The notes beneath the pieces are model-generated. The model worked only from the letters and a program-made list of their open reading frames with translations. It was not told the origin of the DNA and ran no database searches. DNA of 64,000 bases from Solirubrobacterales bacterium. Lineage in GTDB: Bacteria > Actinomycetota > Thermoleophilia > Solirubrobacterales > 70-9. Shown here in pieces: positions 22,844 through 30,938 of this stretch; positions within the stretch are counted from its first letter, which is position 1, and every line of letters begins with the position of its first letter. Location: the NCBI GenBank assembly GCA_036258315.1, contig DATADX010000029.1, positions 32,769 through 96,768 on the forward strand, given 5' to 3'. A program made the translations under genes and the position numbers.

Positions 22844-22849
22844 CTTCGG

Positions 22850-22885
22850 CTCCTTCCCGGCCTCTCCGGACCGTGGTTAAAGGTG
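22850..22885 (-). promoter_or_regulatory. PyrR-binding RNA loop in the pyrR leader
   Basis: The minus strand reads CCUUUAACCACGGUCCGGAGAGGCCGGGAAGGAG directly before the ATG. It resembles the remembered PyrR binding loop core UCCAGAGAGG flanked by UUUAA and AAGG, and it overlaps the SD. Confidence 0.55.
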
Positions 22886-22934
22886 CCGCGCCAGCGTAGC
22901 AGCGCCCCTGGCGGCAGCCTGCGACGATCCGATC

Positions 22935-23804
22935 GTGAAGCCGCAGATTGCGGACGCGATCGAGCAGCATCGCGGCGCCGGGCGGGAGTTCGAGGCCGGC
23001 GGCATCCGCAGCTTCGTCCGCGAGCAGGGCGACGGCGAGCCGGTGGTACTGATGCACGGGATCCCGGTCAGCTCGTTCCTCTATCGCAAGGTGCTGCCGC
23101 TGCTCGCCGAGCGCGGGCTCCGCGGCGTCGCCTTCGACCTCCCCGGGCTCGGCCTGGCGGCGAAGCCCGATCACGTCGACTACACCTGGTCGGGGCTCGG
23201 CCGCTGGACCGGCGCCGCGCTCGACGCGCTCGGGATCGAGCGCTGCCACCTCGTCCTCCACGACATCGGCGGGCCGATCGCGCTCGAGTGGGCGCTCCGC
23301 GACCGCGAGCGGGTCCTGTCGCTGACCGTGCTCGACACGCTGATCGACGTCGAGGGCTTCCGGCGCGTCTGGACGATGGACCTCGCCGCCGCGCCCCTGA
23401 TCGGGCCCGCCTGGGTCGCGGCGACGCGCCCACCCGTCGCCCGGTGGCTCTTCTATATGCAGGGGATCGCGGACCGCTCCGCCACGCCGGCGTACGAGGT
23501 CGACGCGCACCTGGCGCTGCTCCACCGCGACGGCGGTGACCGCAGCTTCCGGAGGATCGTGCGCGGCTTCGAGCGCACGGCCGAGAAGCAGCGGTTCTAC
23601 ACCGAGGGGCTGCGCGAGGCCGGCTGGCCGGCGACGATCCTGTGGGGCCGGCGCGACCCGGCGCTGGGCGGCGAGCACCGCCGCGCGTTCGAGCGCGCGC
23701 TCGGGATCGAGGCCGGCCTCGTCGACGCCAAGCACTTCCTCCCGGAGGACCAAGCACCGGCGGTCGCTGAGGCGATCGCCGGGATCGCGCGCCGCTCGGG
23801 TTAG
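22935..23804 (+). CDS. Alpha/beta-fold hydrolase (haloalkane dehalogenase / epoxide hydrolase-like)
   Basis: 289 aa. HGIPVSSFLYR oxyanion region and the nucleophile elbow LVLHDIGG. Confidence 0.78.
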   Translation: MKPQIADAIEQHRGAGREFEAGGIRSFVREQGDGEPVVLMHGIPVSSFLYRKVLPLLAERGLRGVAFDLPGLGLAAKPDHVDYTWSGLGRWTGAALDALGIERCHLVLHDIGGPIALEWALRDRERVLSLTVLDTLIDVEGFRRVWTMDLAAAPLIGPAWVAATRPPVARWLFYMQGIADRSATPAYEVDAHLALLHRDGGDRSFRRIVRGFERTAEKQRFYTEGLREAGWPATILWGRRDPALGGEHRRAFERALGIEAGLVDAKHFLPEDQAPAVAEAIAGIARRSG

Positions 23805-24799
23805 TCTCCCTCGCCGGCCGGGGCGGGCTCGAGCGCGGGGCTCTCCTGCTCCTCGGTGGCGCCGCCGACGCGCAGGCGGGGCTCGCCGCGCTCGGGGAAC
23901 GGGATCTCGACGAGGTCGAAATCGCGGACCGCGTAGACGTTCTCGAACGCGTCGCGCGCTTCCTCGAGCACGGAGGCGACGTGGTAGCGCGAGGAGATGT
24001 GGACCAGCGCGAGCATCTCGACCTCCGCCGCGCTCGCCAGCTCGGCGGCCTGCCGCGCGGTCGAGTGGCCCGTCTCGGCGGCGCGCGCGAGCTCCTCGTC
24101 CGAGAAGGTCGCGTCGTGGACGAGGAGCTGGGCGCGGTGGGCCGCGACGCGAGTCATCTCGGACGGAGCGGTATCGCCGCTGATCACGATCTTCCGCCCC
24201 TGGCGGGCCTCCCCCATCACCTGCTCGGGGCGGACCTCGCCCTCGGCTCCGGGGACCGGCTCGCCGCGCTGGAGCCGGCCGAAGTGGCGCGGGTCGGTGA
24301 CCCCGAGCGCCCGTGCGACCTCGGTGTCGAAGCGCCCGGGCCGCTCCCCCTCCACGAACGCGTAGCCGTTCGCCGGCACCAGGTGCTCGACCTCGAAGGC
24401 GCGCAGCTCGAAGCCCTGCTCGTCGTGGGCCAGCGCCTCTCCCCCGTTCAGCTCGACCAGCTCGACCTCGTAGCGGATCCTGCCGAATATGCGGCGCAGC
24501 GCGTCGAACATCCCGTGCAGGCCCGGCGGACCGGCGATCCGCAGCGGCGCCCGGCGCTCCATCAGGTCGTAGGTCTTGAGCAGCCCCGGGAGGCCGAGGT
24601 AGTGATCGGCGTGATAGTGGCTGATCAGGATCTCGTCGACCTGGACGAGCCCCGTCGAGAGCATCATCTGCCGCTGCGCCCCCTCGCCGCAGTCGACCAG
24701 GATCCGGCTTCCGCCCGCCCGGATCAGCACGCACGCGGTCGCCCTCCGCGCGGTCGGCACGGAGCCGCCGGTGCCGTAGAAGACGACCGAGAGGTCCAT
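23801..24799 (-). CDS. rnz: Ribonuclease Z-like metallo-beta-lactamase
   Basis: 332 aa. ISHYHADH motif and N-terminus VFYGTGGSVPT...LVDCGEG, typical of RNase Z. Confidence 0.78.
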   Translation of the reverse strand: MDLSVVFYGTGGSVPTARRATACVLIRAGGSRILVDCGEGAQRQMMLSTGLVQVDEILISHYHADHYLGLPGLLKTYDLMERRAPLRIAGPPGLHGMFDALRRIFGRIRYEVELVELNGGEALAHDEQGFELRAFEVEHLVPANGYAFVEGERPGRFDTEVARALGVTDPRHFGRLQRGEPVPGAEGEVRPEQVMGEARQGRKIVISGDTAPSEMTRVAAHRAQLLVHDATFSDEELARAAETGHSTARQAAELASAAEVEMLALVHISSRYHVASVLEEARDAFENVYAVRDFDLVEIPFPERGEPRLRVGGATEEQESPALEPAPAGEGD

Positions 24800-24844
24800 C
24801 GCGAGCCCTAGCCTAGAAGCGATCCCGACCTACACTGGTCGCCC

Positions 24845-24917
<73 letters not shown>

Positions 24918-24920
24918 CTC

Positions 24921-25907
24921 CTAGCTCCGACCCGAAACGGAGGCCGCCTCCGGGCGAGCCTCGGGGTGCTCCCGGTACCACTCGTAGGTGCGCTCGAGAC
25001 CGGCGCGAAGGCCGACCTCGGGCCGCCAGCCCGTCACCGCGCGGATCTTGGTCGACTCGAGGTACTGCCGGTCGATCTCGCCGCTCGGGTTGCCCTCGCC
25101 CTGGAAGTCGGGCTCGATGTCGGTGCCGGAGATCTCGCAGATCGTCTCGACCACCTCGCGGACCGAGTTCGGCTTGCCCCAGCCGGCGTTGAAGGCCTCG
25201 CCCCTCGCGTCACCCTCCGCCACGGCGCGGGCGAGAGCGAGGTAGGCGCGGGCGACGTCCTCGACGTACAGGAAGTCGCGCTCGGGGCTTCCGTCGGAGC
25301 GGATCTCCGGGCGGCGGCCGTCGAGGAGCGCGGTGGTCGTCTCGGGAATCAGCCGCGAGAAGTTGAGGTCTCCGCCGCCGTAGATATTGGCGAACCGGGT
25401 GACGGCGACCGGGAGCTCGAAGCTGTGCCAATAGCTGCGCGCGATCAGGTCGGCCGCCGCCTTGGAGACGTCATACGGATAGACCGGCTGCAGGGCTGCG
25501 TCCTCCGCGTAGGGAAGCCGCTCGTGGGGGCCGTAGGCCTTGTCCGAGGAGGCGACGACGACGGCGCCGACGCCCGCGCTTCGGCACGCCTCGAGCAGGG
25601 TCCAGGTGCCCTCGATGTTGGTGCGGAAGGTCGGCAGCGGCGATGCGTTGGCGGCGCCGACGATCGCCTGCGCGGCGAGGTGAAAGACGGTGTCGACGTG
25701 ATGCCCGCGGATCGCCGCCTCGACCCGTCCGGGTTCGCAGAGGTCGCCCGCCTCCGCGGCCACGTCGGATTCGACCCCCAGCAGCGTCAGCCCCGAGGGG
25801 CGCTCGTCGCCGCGGTCGAAGCTGATCACCGCGGCGCCCTCCGCGAGCAGCAGCTTCGCGAGCCAGGACCCGGCGAAGCCGCGGGCCCCCGTGACGAGCG
25901 CCCTCAC
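24921..25907 (-). CDS. NAD-dependent sugar 4,6-dehydratase/epimerase (CDP-glucose 4,6-dehydratase-like)
   Basis: VTGARGFAGSWL Rossmann motif and YDVSK catalytic motif. GTG at 25907 overlaps the rfbF stop (GTGA). Substrate is inferred only from the cytidylyltransferase neighbour. Confidence 0.78.
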   Translation of the reverse strand: MRALVTGARGFAGSWLAKLLLAEGAAVISFDRGDERPSGLTLLGVESDVAAEAGDLCEPGRVEAAIRGHHVDTVFHLAAQAIVGAANASPLPTFRTNIEGTWTLLEACRSAGVGAVVVASSDKAYGPHERLPYAEDAALQPVYPYDVSKAAADLIARSYWHSFELPVAVTRFANIYGGGDLNFSRLIPETTTALLDGRRPEIRSDGSPERDFLYVEDVARAYLALARAVAEGDARGEAFNAGWGKPNSVREVVETICEISGTDIEPDFQGEGNPSGEIDRQYLESTKIRAVTGWRPEVGLRAGLERTYEWYREHPEARPEAASVSGRS

Positions 25908-26641
25908 GCGATCGACTCTTCCGCCCAGACCCGCCACGGCGGATCGCCCGCGGCCCAGAGGTCGTTGAGAAGGATCGCGTCCTTGTAGGTGTCCATGCAG
26001 TCCCAGAAGCCCGTGTGCCGGTAGGCGTTGAGCTCCCCGTCCGCCGCGAGCCTCTCGAGCGGCCCGCGCTCGAGCACGCTGTCTTCCTCGAGATAGGCGA
26101 GTGAGCCCGGCTCGAAGCAGAAGAAGCCGCCGTTGATCCATCTCTCGAGCCGCGGTTTCTCGGAAAAGCCCCGCACCCTGCCGTCGTCGCCGAGCTCGGC
26201 GAGCCCGAACTGGAGGATCGGCCGCACGACCGTCATCGTCGCGAGCGATCTCGAGCGATGGTGGGCGTCGAGCAGCGCGTCTAGGTCGAGGTCGGCGACT
26301 CCGTCGGCATAGGTCGCGCAGAACGTCTCGCCCTCGAGCCGGTCCTCGATCAGCTTCAGCCTCCCGCCCGTTGGGGTGTCCGGACCGGTCGGCACGCAGC
26401 TCACCTCGACCCCCACCGGCCAGGGCGTGTCGGCGACCCAGCGCTCGATCTGCTCGCCCATCGGCCCCGTGCACAGCTCGAAGCGCCCGAATCCCTGGGC
26501 GGCATAGATCGAGATCACGTGCCAGAGGATCGGGCGCCCGCCGATCTCGACGAGCGCCTTCGGAATCGACTCGGTGTGCTCGCGCAGGCGCGTCCCGCGG
26601 CCGCCGCAGAGGATCGCGACCGGTGTCGTTCGCATCGTCAT
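25904..26641 (-). CDS. rfbF: Glucose-1-phosphate cytidylyltransferase-like nucleotidyltransferase
   Basis: 245 aa. VAILCGGRGTRLRE...PKALVEIGGRPILWH and C-terminal GFWDCMDTYKD match the RfbF pattern. Confidence 0.82.
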   Translation of the reverse strand: MTMRTTPVAILCGGRGTRLREHTESIPKALVEIGGRPILWHVISIYAAQGFGRFELCTGPMGEQIERWVADTPWPVGVEVSCVPTGPDTPTGGRLKLIEDRLEGETFCATYADGVADLDLDALLDAHHRSRSLATMTVVRPILQFGLAELGDDGRVRGFSEKPRLERWINGGFFCFEPGSLAYLEEDSVLERGPLERLAADGELNAYRHTGFWDCMDTYKDAILLNDLWAAGDPPWRVWAEESIA

Positions 26642-26651
26642 GGCGGGAACC

Positions 26652-29138
26652 CTAGTCGGGTCTGCAGAGCCGGCGATCCAGCACCGTCAGGTGCGAGACC
26701 CGCTTCTTGCCGGTCCGGAAGCGCGCCCGGAGCACCCGCTTGCGCACCGACCAGGCCTTGTTTCTCAGCGTCTCGCCGTTGAGGCGAACCGCGCAGGGCC
26801 GCAGCCGCTTCTTCAGGGTCTCGAGCGATGCCTCGAGGTCGATCCTGTGGCGCGGCGCGCGCTTCACGATCAGTCGCCAGCGCCCGCGCTTCTCCCGCGA
26901 GACGAGCTCGCCGTTCTCGCGGAACAGCGAGTTCGTCCGCCCGCGCGGGAAGGCGAGCAGGTGCAGCTCGCGCGAGACGCTCTCCAGCCCCACGGTCGCG
27001 TTGTCGGAGCCGTAGGAAGCCAGCGTGTCGACGGTCGCGGGCAGCAGCGCCAGCACCGCGCCCGCCCGAACCAGCATCGGCAGCTCCCCGAGCGGCGCCG
27101 GGATCGCGACATCGCGGCCGCCGGCCAGGGTCGGGGCGCGCCGCAGGCGCAGCCCGCCGCCCTGCTCGTCGTAGGTGACCGCGCGCCAGAAGTCGACCCA
27201 GCGGCCGGCGGGGAGGTACACCGAGCGGCTCGTCTGCCCAGGGCCATGGACCGGCGCCGCGAGCAGGTCGCGGCCGAACATGAACTCGTCCTCCTGCGCG
27301 ACCGCGCTCGGATCGCCCGGGTGCGTGAGGGCGAGGTGACGCATCATCGGCATCCCGGTGCTGCGGTACTCGGCGTCGGCCGCGACCAGGTACGGGTAGA
27401 GCTGGGTGCGGAGCTTCGCGTAGCGTCGCCACACCGGGAGGATCTCGGGGTCGTGGATCTGAGGGCGCGGGGTCGGGTTGAGGTCCACCCCGTTCGCCTC
27501 GGTTCGCATCACCCCGGACACGGCGCCGAGCTCGATCCAGCGGATCAGCATCTCGGGGGTGAGGCGGTCGTCGAACAGCGAGAAGAAGCCGCCGATGTCC
27601 GAGCCCCACCGCGAGATCCCCGAGGTCCCGAGCGAGAGCGCCTGCTTGATCGCCGAGTCGATCCCGTCGAAGCCCCAGTCGGTGGTCGGGTCGCCCCCCC
27701 AGACGACCTGCGCGCACGGGTGCACCCCGGTCCACCCCGAGCGGATGAACGCGACCGGCGGCGGGGAGACGGTCCGCGCGTAGTCCCAGCTCGCGCAGTG
27801 GTAGAGCGCCGGGTAGAGGTTGTGCATCTGGGTGCCGGGGGCGCCGCTCGCGGACTGGGCGTCCAGCGGCGTGTACTCGCCGAAGTCCTCCATCCAGCCG
27901 TCGTATCCGTGACTCACCGCCTCCGAGAGCAGGCCGGCGAAGAACGCGCGCCCCGGCTGCGCCGAGAAGTCGAACTGCGAAACGGAGAACGGCGTCGTCG
28001 GGCTGGCGGCGTACTGATAGACGTAGGGCTCTGCGAGGGCGTTGGTGTTGAGCGCCCCGGCCGCCGAGGCCTGGCCGTAGGCGGGCGAGTAGCTGGTGCA
28101 GATCATCGGGTTGAAGTAGGTGGTGATCGCATAGCCGGCCTCGTGGAACTCGGCGGTCCGCTGCCGCTGCTGGTCCTCGATTCCCCGCTGGTCGCCGCAC
28201 GGCAGGTAGTGCAGGTAGGTGTTGACTGCGGACCCCGGGACGTCACCGGCGCGCAGCGACCGCGCCTGTCCGGGCTGGTCCGAGCCGGTCGGCTGGTACC
28301 AGGGGCCGAACACCCACGGCCCCGCCGGGGCCGGCTGGCGTCCGGTGATCGACGTCAACCGGCGCACCGCGTCAGCCGGCGCGGGACCGGCGAGAAAGCG
28401 GAGGCTCAGGGAGGTCGCCTCGGCCTCGACGCTCCACGCCCCGACGTCCGGGTTGGCGAGCCGGAAGTAGCTGCGCTCGGCGTTGTCGAGCAGCACGCCG
28501 TAGCCCGCGGTGGAGAGCAGCCAGGGCATCGGAAAGTACGTCGCGTCGTCGCGCGGGCTCCAGCCCTGCGGCGGCACGATGAACGAGATCACCGCCCGCT
28601 CGTCGGCCTCGTAGGGTCCGTCGGAGACGTAGTTCTCCACCTCGTTTCCGCGCTGGTCCACCGCGTTCGACCGCTCCCCGAAGCCGAGGTAGCGCTCGCC
28701 GGGCCGCGTGTCGAACCCGATCCCGATCGCCGTGACGCCGGTGGTGCCGCCGGTCACCGAGGCCGACAGGCGGACGATCCCGTCGCCGCCGGGCGCGAGC
28801 CGGATGTGGATCCCATGCGCGGGGTCGGTCGTCTCCAGGTCGGCCTCGTAGGCTCCTCCGGAAGAACCGCCCGAGGCGACGCGGGTGGCGTGGAACCAGC
28901 CGGCCGCGGTGCGGAAGCCCAGCGTCCCGCTCGGCCCAGGGCCGAGCCCCGCGTTCTCCGCGAGGACCGTCGCGCCGGCGGAGTCCGCGAGGCGCAGGTG
29001 CCACGGATCGGACGAGACCTCGGCGCGCAGCGGCCCGGCCGTGACCTGGGCCGCGGCCGGAGTCGCGAGCGTGGCCCCCAACCCGGAAAGGGCCGCGACG
29101 ATGCCGATCGGAAGGAGCCGGAGCCGGTGCGCGGTCAC
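26652..29138 (-). CDS. Secreted glycoside hydrolase family 31
   Basis: 828 aa. Signal peptide ending AAAQ. GH31-type catalytic region DGWMEDFGEY and WGGD. GTG start overlaps the stop of the sulfur-carrier ORF (GTGA). Confidence 0.82.
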   Translation of the reverse strand: MTAHRLRLLPIGIVAALSGLGATLATPAAAQVTAGPLRAEVSSDPWHLRLADSAGATVLAENAGLGPGPSGTLGFRTAAGWFHATRVASGGSSGGAYEADLETTDPAHGIHIRLAPGGDGIVRLSASVTGGTTGVTAIGIGFDTRPGERYLGFGERSNAVDQRGNEVENYVSDGPYEADERAVISFIVPPQGWSPRDDATYFPMPWLLSTAGYGVLLDNAERSYFRLANPDVGAWSVEAEATSLSLRFLAGPAPADAVRRLTSITGRQPAPAGPWVFGPWYQPTGSDQPGQARSLRAGDVPGSAVNTYLHYLPCGDQRGIEDQQRQRTAEFHEAGYAITTYFNPMICTSYSPAYGQASAAGALNTNALAEPYVYQYAASPTTPFSVSQFDFSAQPGRAFFAGLLSEAVSHGYDGWMEDFGEYTPLDAQSASGAPGTQMHNLYPALYHCASWDYARTVSPPPVAFIRSGWTGVHPCAQVVWGGDPTTDWGFDGIDSAIKQALSLGTSGISRWGSDIGGFFSLFDDRLTPEMLIRWIELGAVSGVMRTEANGVDLNPTPRPQIHDPEILPVWRRYAKLRTQLYPYLVAADAEYRSTGMPMMRHLALTHPGDPSAVAQEDEFMFGRDLLAAPVHGPGQTSRSVYLPAGRWVDFWRAVTYDEQGGGLRLRRAPTLAGGRDVAIPAPLGELPMLVRAGAVLALLPATVDTLASYGSDNATVGLESVSRELHLLAFPRGRTNSLFRENGELVSREKRGRWRLIVKRAPRHRIDLEASLETLKKRLRPCAVRLNGETLRNKAWSVRKRVLRARFRTGKKRVSHLTVLDRRLCRPD

Positions 29139-29410
29139 GCCCCGCCGGCCACGGCGGGGAGAATCGTGACCTCGTCACCATCGTTGACGCTGGTCTCGAG
29201 GCCATCCTGGAAGCGGATGTCCTCACCGGATACGTAGACGTTCACGAACCGCCGCAGATCCCCGTCCTGGGTGATTCGATCGCGAAGTCCGTCGTGCTGG
29301 TCGAAGACGGCGTCGAGCGCCTCGCCGACCGTCGAGCCCTCGACCTCGAGCTCTCCCTCCCCGCCGGTCGCGGCCCTGAGCTGCGCTGGAATCTTGACCG
29401 TGATCGACAT
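29135..29410 (-). CDS. MoaD/ThiS-family sulfur-carrier protein ending in Gly-Gly-Ala
   Basis: 91 aa. Beta-grasp-like pattern (VKIPAQLR...GSTVGEALD...VNVYVSGEDI...DGDEVTILPAVAGGA). Lies 15 nt downstream of the ThrC paralog. Confidence 0.75.
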   Translation of the reverse strand: MSITVKIPAQLRAATGGEGELEVEGSTVGEALDAVFDQHDGLRDRITQDGDLRRFVNVYVSGEDIRFQDGLETSVNDGDEVTILPAVAGGA

Positions 29411-29425
29411 CGGCGGGGATCTTAG

Positions 29426-30664
29426 TCAGACGGCGCTCGCCGGCGCCGTGCTGAGCTCCCGCTCGAAGGCGGCCAGGGTCGGCTCGATCTCCTGCATCCG
29501 GAAGGACTCGCGCGCCGCGTCGAGGGTCTTCAGACCCTCGCCGGTGACGTAGACGACGACCCGCTCGTCCGCTCCGATCGCCCCCTGCTCGGCGAGCTTC
29601 GCGAGCACGCCGACCGTCACCCCGCCCGCGGTCTCGGTGAAGATCCCGGTCGTCTCCGCGAGCAGCCTGATCCCGGCGCGGATCTCGTCGTCGCTGACCG
29701 ACTCGATCACGCCGCCCGTCCGGCGCGCGAGGTCGAGCGCGTAGGGGCCGTCGGCGGGGTCGCCGATCGCAAGGCTCTTCGCGATTGTGTCGGGCTTCTG
29801 CGGCTTGCAGACGTCGACGCCGTCGGCGAACGCCGTTGCGACCGGCGAGCAACCCTCGGCCTGAGCGCCGCAGAAGGTCGGGAGCTTCCCCTCGACCAGC
29901 CCGAGCTCGAGCCAATCCTCGATCGCGCGCCCGAGCCTGGTGAACAGCGACCCGGAGGCGATCGGCGAGACGATCCGGTCCGGGAGCTTCCACCCGAGCT
30001 GCTCGATCGTCTCGAAGGCGAGGGTCTTGGAGCCCTCGGCGTAGTACGGGCGAAGGTTGACGTTCAGGAACGCCCACGGCCGGGTCTGCGACAGCTCGGT
30101 GCAGAGCCGGTTGACGTCGTCGTAGTTCCCCTTGACGCCGACCAGGTTGGTCCCGTAGATGCCCGTCGCGAGCAGCTTCTGCTCCTCGAGGTCCGCCGGG
30201 ACGAACACGTACGAGTCGAGGCCGGCGGCGGCGGCGTGCGCGGCGACGGCGTTGGCGAGGTTGCCCGTAGAGGCGCACGCGACGGTCCCGAAGCCGAGCT
30301 CCTTCGCCTTCGCCACGGCCACCGCGACGACGCGGTCCTTGAACGAATGGGTGGGATTGGCGGCGTCGTTCTTGACCCACACCTCCCCCAGCCCGAGCCG
30401 CTCCGCGAGCCGGTCGGCGCGGATCAGGGGAGTGAGGCCGGGCTCGAGCGGGTCACCGGGGCGCCCCTCTGCGAACGGGAGGAAGTCCGAGTAGCGCCAG
30501 ATCCCGCGCGAGCCCGCCTGGATCTTGCGCCTCGCCTCGGCGGGGTCGAGATCGGAGTGGTCGTAGCGGACCTCGAGCGGGCCGAAGCAGCTCTCGCAGA
30601 AGAACGCGGCACCTAGCTCGTACCGGGAGGAGCACTCCTTGCAATTCAGAGATTCGACAGCCAT
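29426..30664 (-). CDS. Threonine-synthase-family PLP enzyme with N-terminal zinc ribbon (ThrC paralog, MetM-like candidate)
   Basis: 412 aa from MAVESLNCKECSSRYELGAAFFCESCFG (CxxC-x11-CxxC). PLP-lysine motif THSFKDR. ATG at 30664 is preceded by GAGGAG. The upstream part of the track ORF was discarded. Confidence 0.85.
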   Translation of the reverse strand: MAVESLNCKECSSRYELGAAFFCESCFGPLEVRYDHSDLDPAEARRKIQAGSRGIWRYSDFLPFAEGRPGDPLEPGLTPLIRADRLAERLGLGEVWVKNDAANPTHSFKDRVVAVAVAKAKELGFGTVACASTGNLANAVAAHAAAAGLDSYVFVPADLEEQKLLATGIYGTNLVGVKGNYDDVNRLCTELSQTRPWAFLNVNLRPYYAEGSKTLAFETIEQLGWKLPDRIVSPIASGSLFTRLGRAIEDWLELGLVEGKLPTFCGAQAEGCSPVATAFADGVDVCKPQKPDTIAKSLAIGDPADGPYALDLARRTGGVIESVSDDEIRAGIRLLAETTGIFTETAGGVTVGVLAKLAEQGAIGADERVVVYVTGEGLKTLDAARESFRMQEIEPTLAAFERELSTAPASAV

Positions 30665-30679
30665 CGAGCTCCTCTGACG

Positions 30680-30710
30680 AAAAAACCTCCGCCTGGTCTG
30701 TGGGCGGAGG
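30680..30710 (-). terminator. Riboswitch expression-platform terminator
   Basis: The minus strand reads CCTCCGCC-CACAGACCA-GGCGGAGG followed by TTTTTT, 16 nt upstream of the ATG. Confidence 0.7.
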
Positions 30711-30728
30711 TTCCGAGGAAACTCTTCC

Positions 30729-30840
30729 CACATCTTCCAGGCCTTCTCGAACCTGCTGGATTTGGCACCTCTCCTCGGACTCAGGTCCGAGGTGGTTGCC
30801 GGGGCTTCGTCGGGCCAGTCCCTCCACCCCTCTTGATGTG
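30729..30840 (-). promoter_or_regulatory. SAM-I (S-box) riboswitch aptamer
   Basis: The minus strand reads CACAUCAAGAGGGGUGGAGGGACUGGCCCGACGAAGCCCCGGCAACC-(P3 hairpin ACCUCGGAC/GUCCGAGG)-GGUGCCAAAUCCAGCAGG...CCUGGAAGAUGUG. It matches the S-box core blocks (AUCAAGAG, GGUGGAGGGACUGGCCCGAUGAA, GGCAACC, GCUAAUUCCAGCAG) with P1 CACAUC/GAUGUG. Confidence 0.85.
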
Positions 30841-30859
30841 GTGCAGCTATGTGGGGCGG

Positions 30860-30868
30860 AATATAGCA
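30860..30868 (-). promoter_or_regulatory. Candidate extended -10 promoter for the riboswitch transcript
   Basis: The minus strand reads TGCTATATT about 20 nt upstream of P1. No convincing -35 element. Confidence 0.35.
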
Positions 30869-30938
30869 ACGCGGTCTCCGGGCTCGCGTAGAGTTCGGCC
30901 GGCGATGGACGACGCGACGACAACCGCGGAGCCGGCAG

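Noticed and set aside
22758-24734. A 658-aa minus-strand ORF overlapping the alpha/beta hydrolase and RNase Z genes.
   Set aside because: Its composition is Arg-rich low-complexity. The hydrolase (plus strand) and RNase Z (another minus frame) both have clear catalytic motifs.
26574-29237. An 887-aa plus-strand ORF and a 520-aa minus-strand alternative-frame ORF over the GH31 gene.
   Set aside because: They have no motifs and an Arg/Pro/Gly-rich composition. The GH31 frame carries a signal peptide and catalytic motifs.
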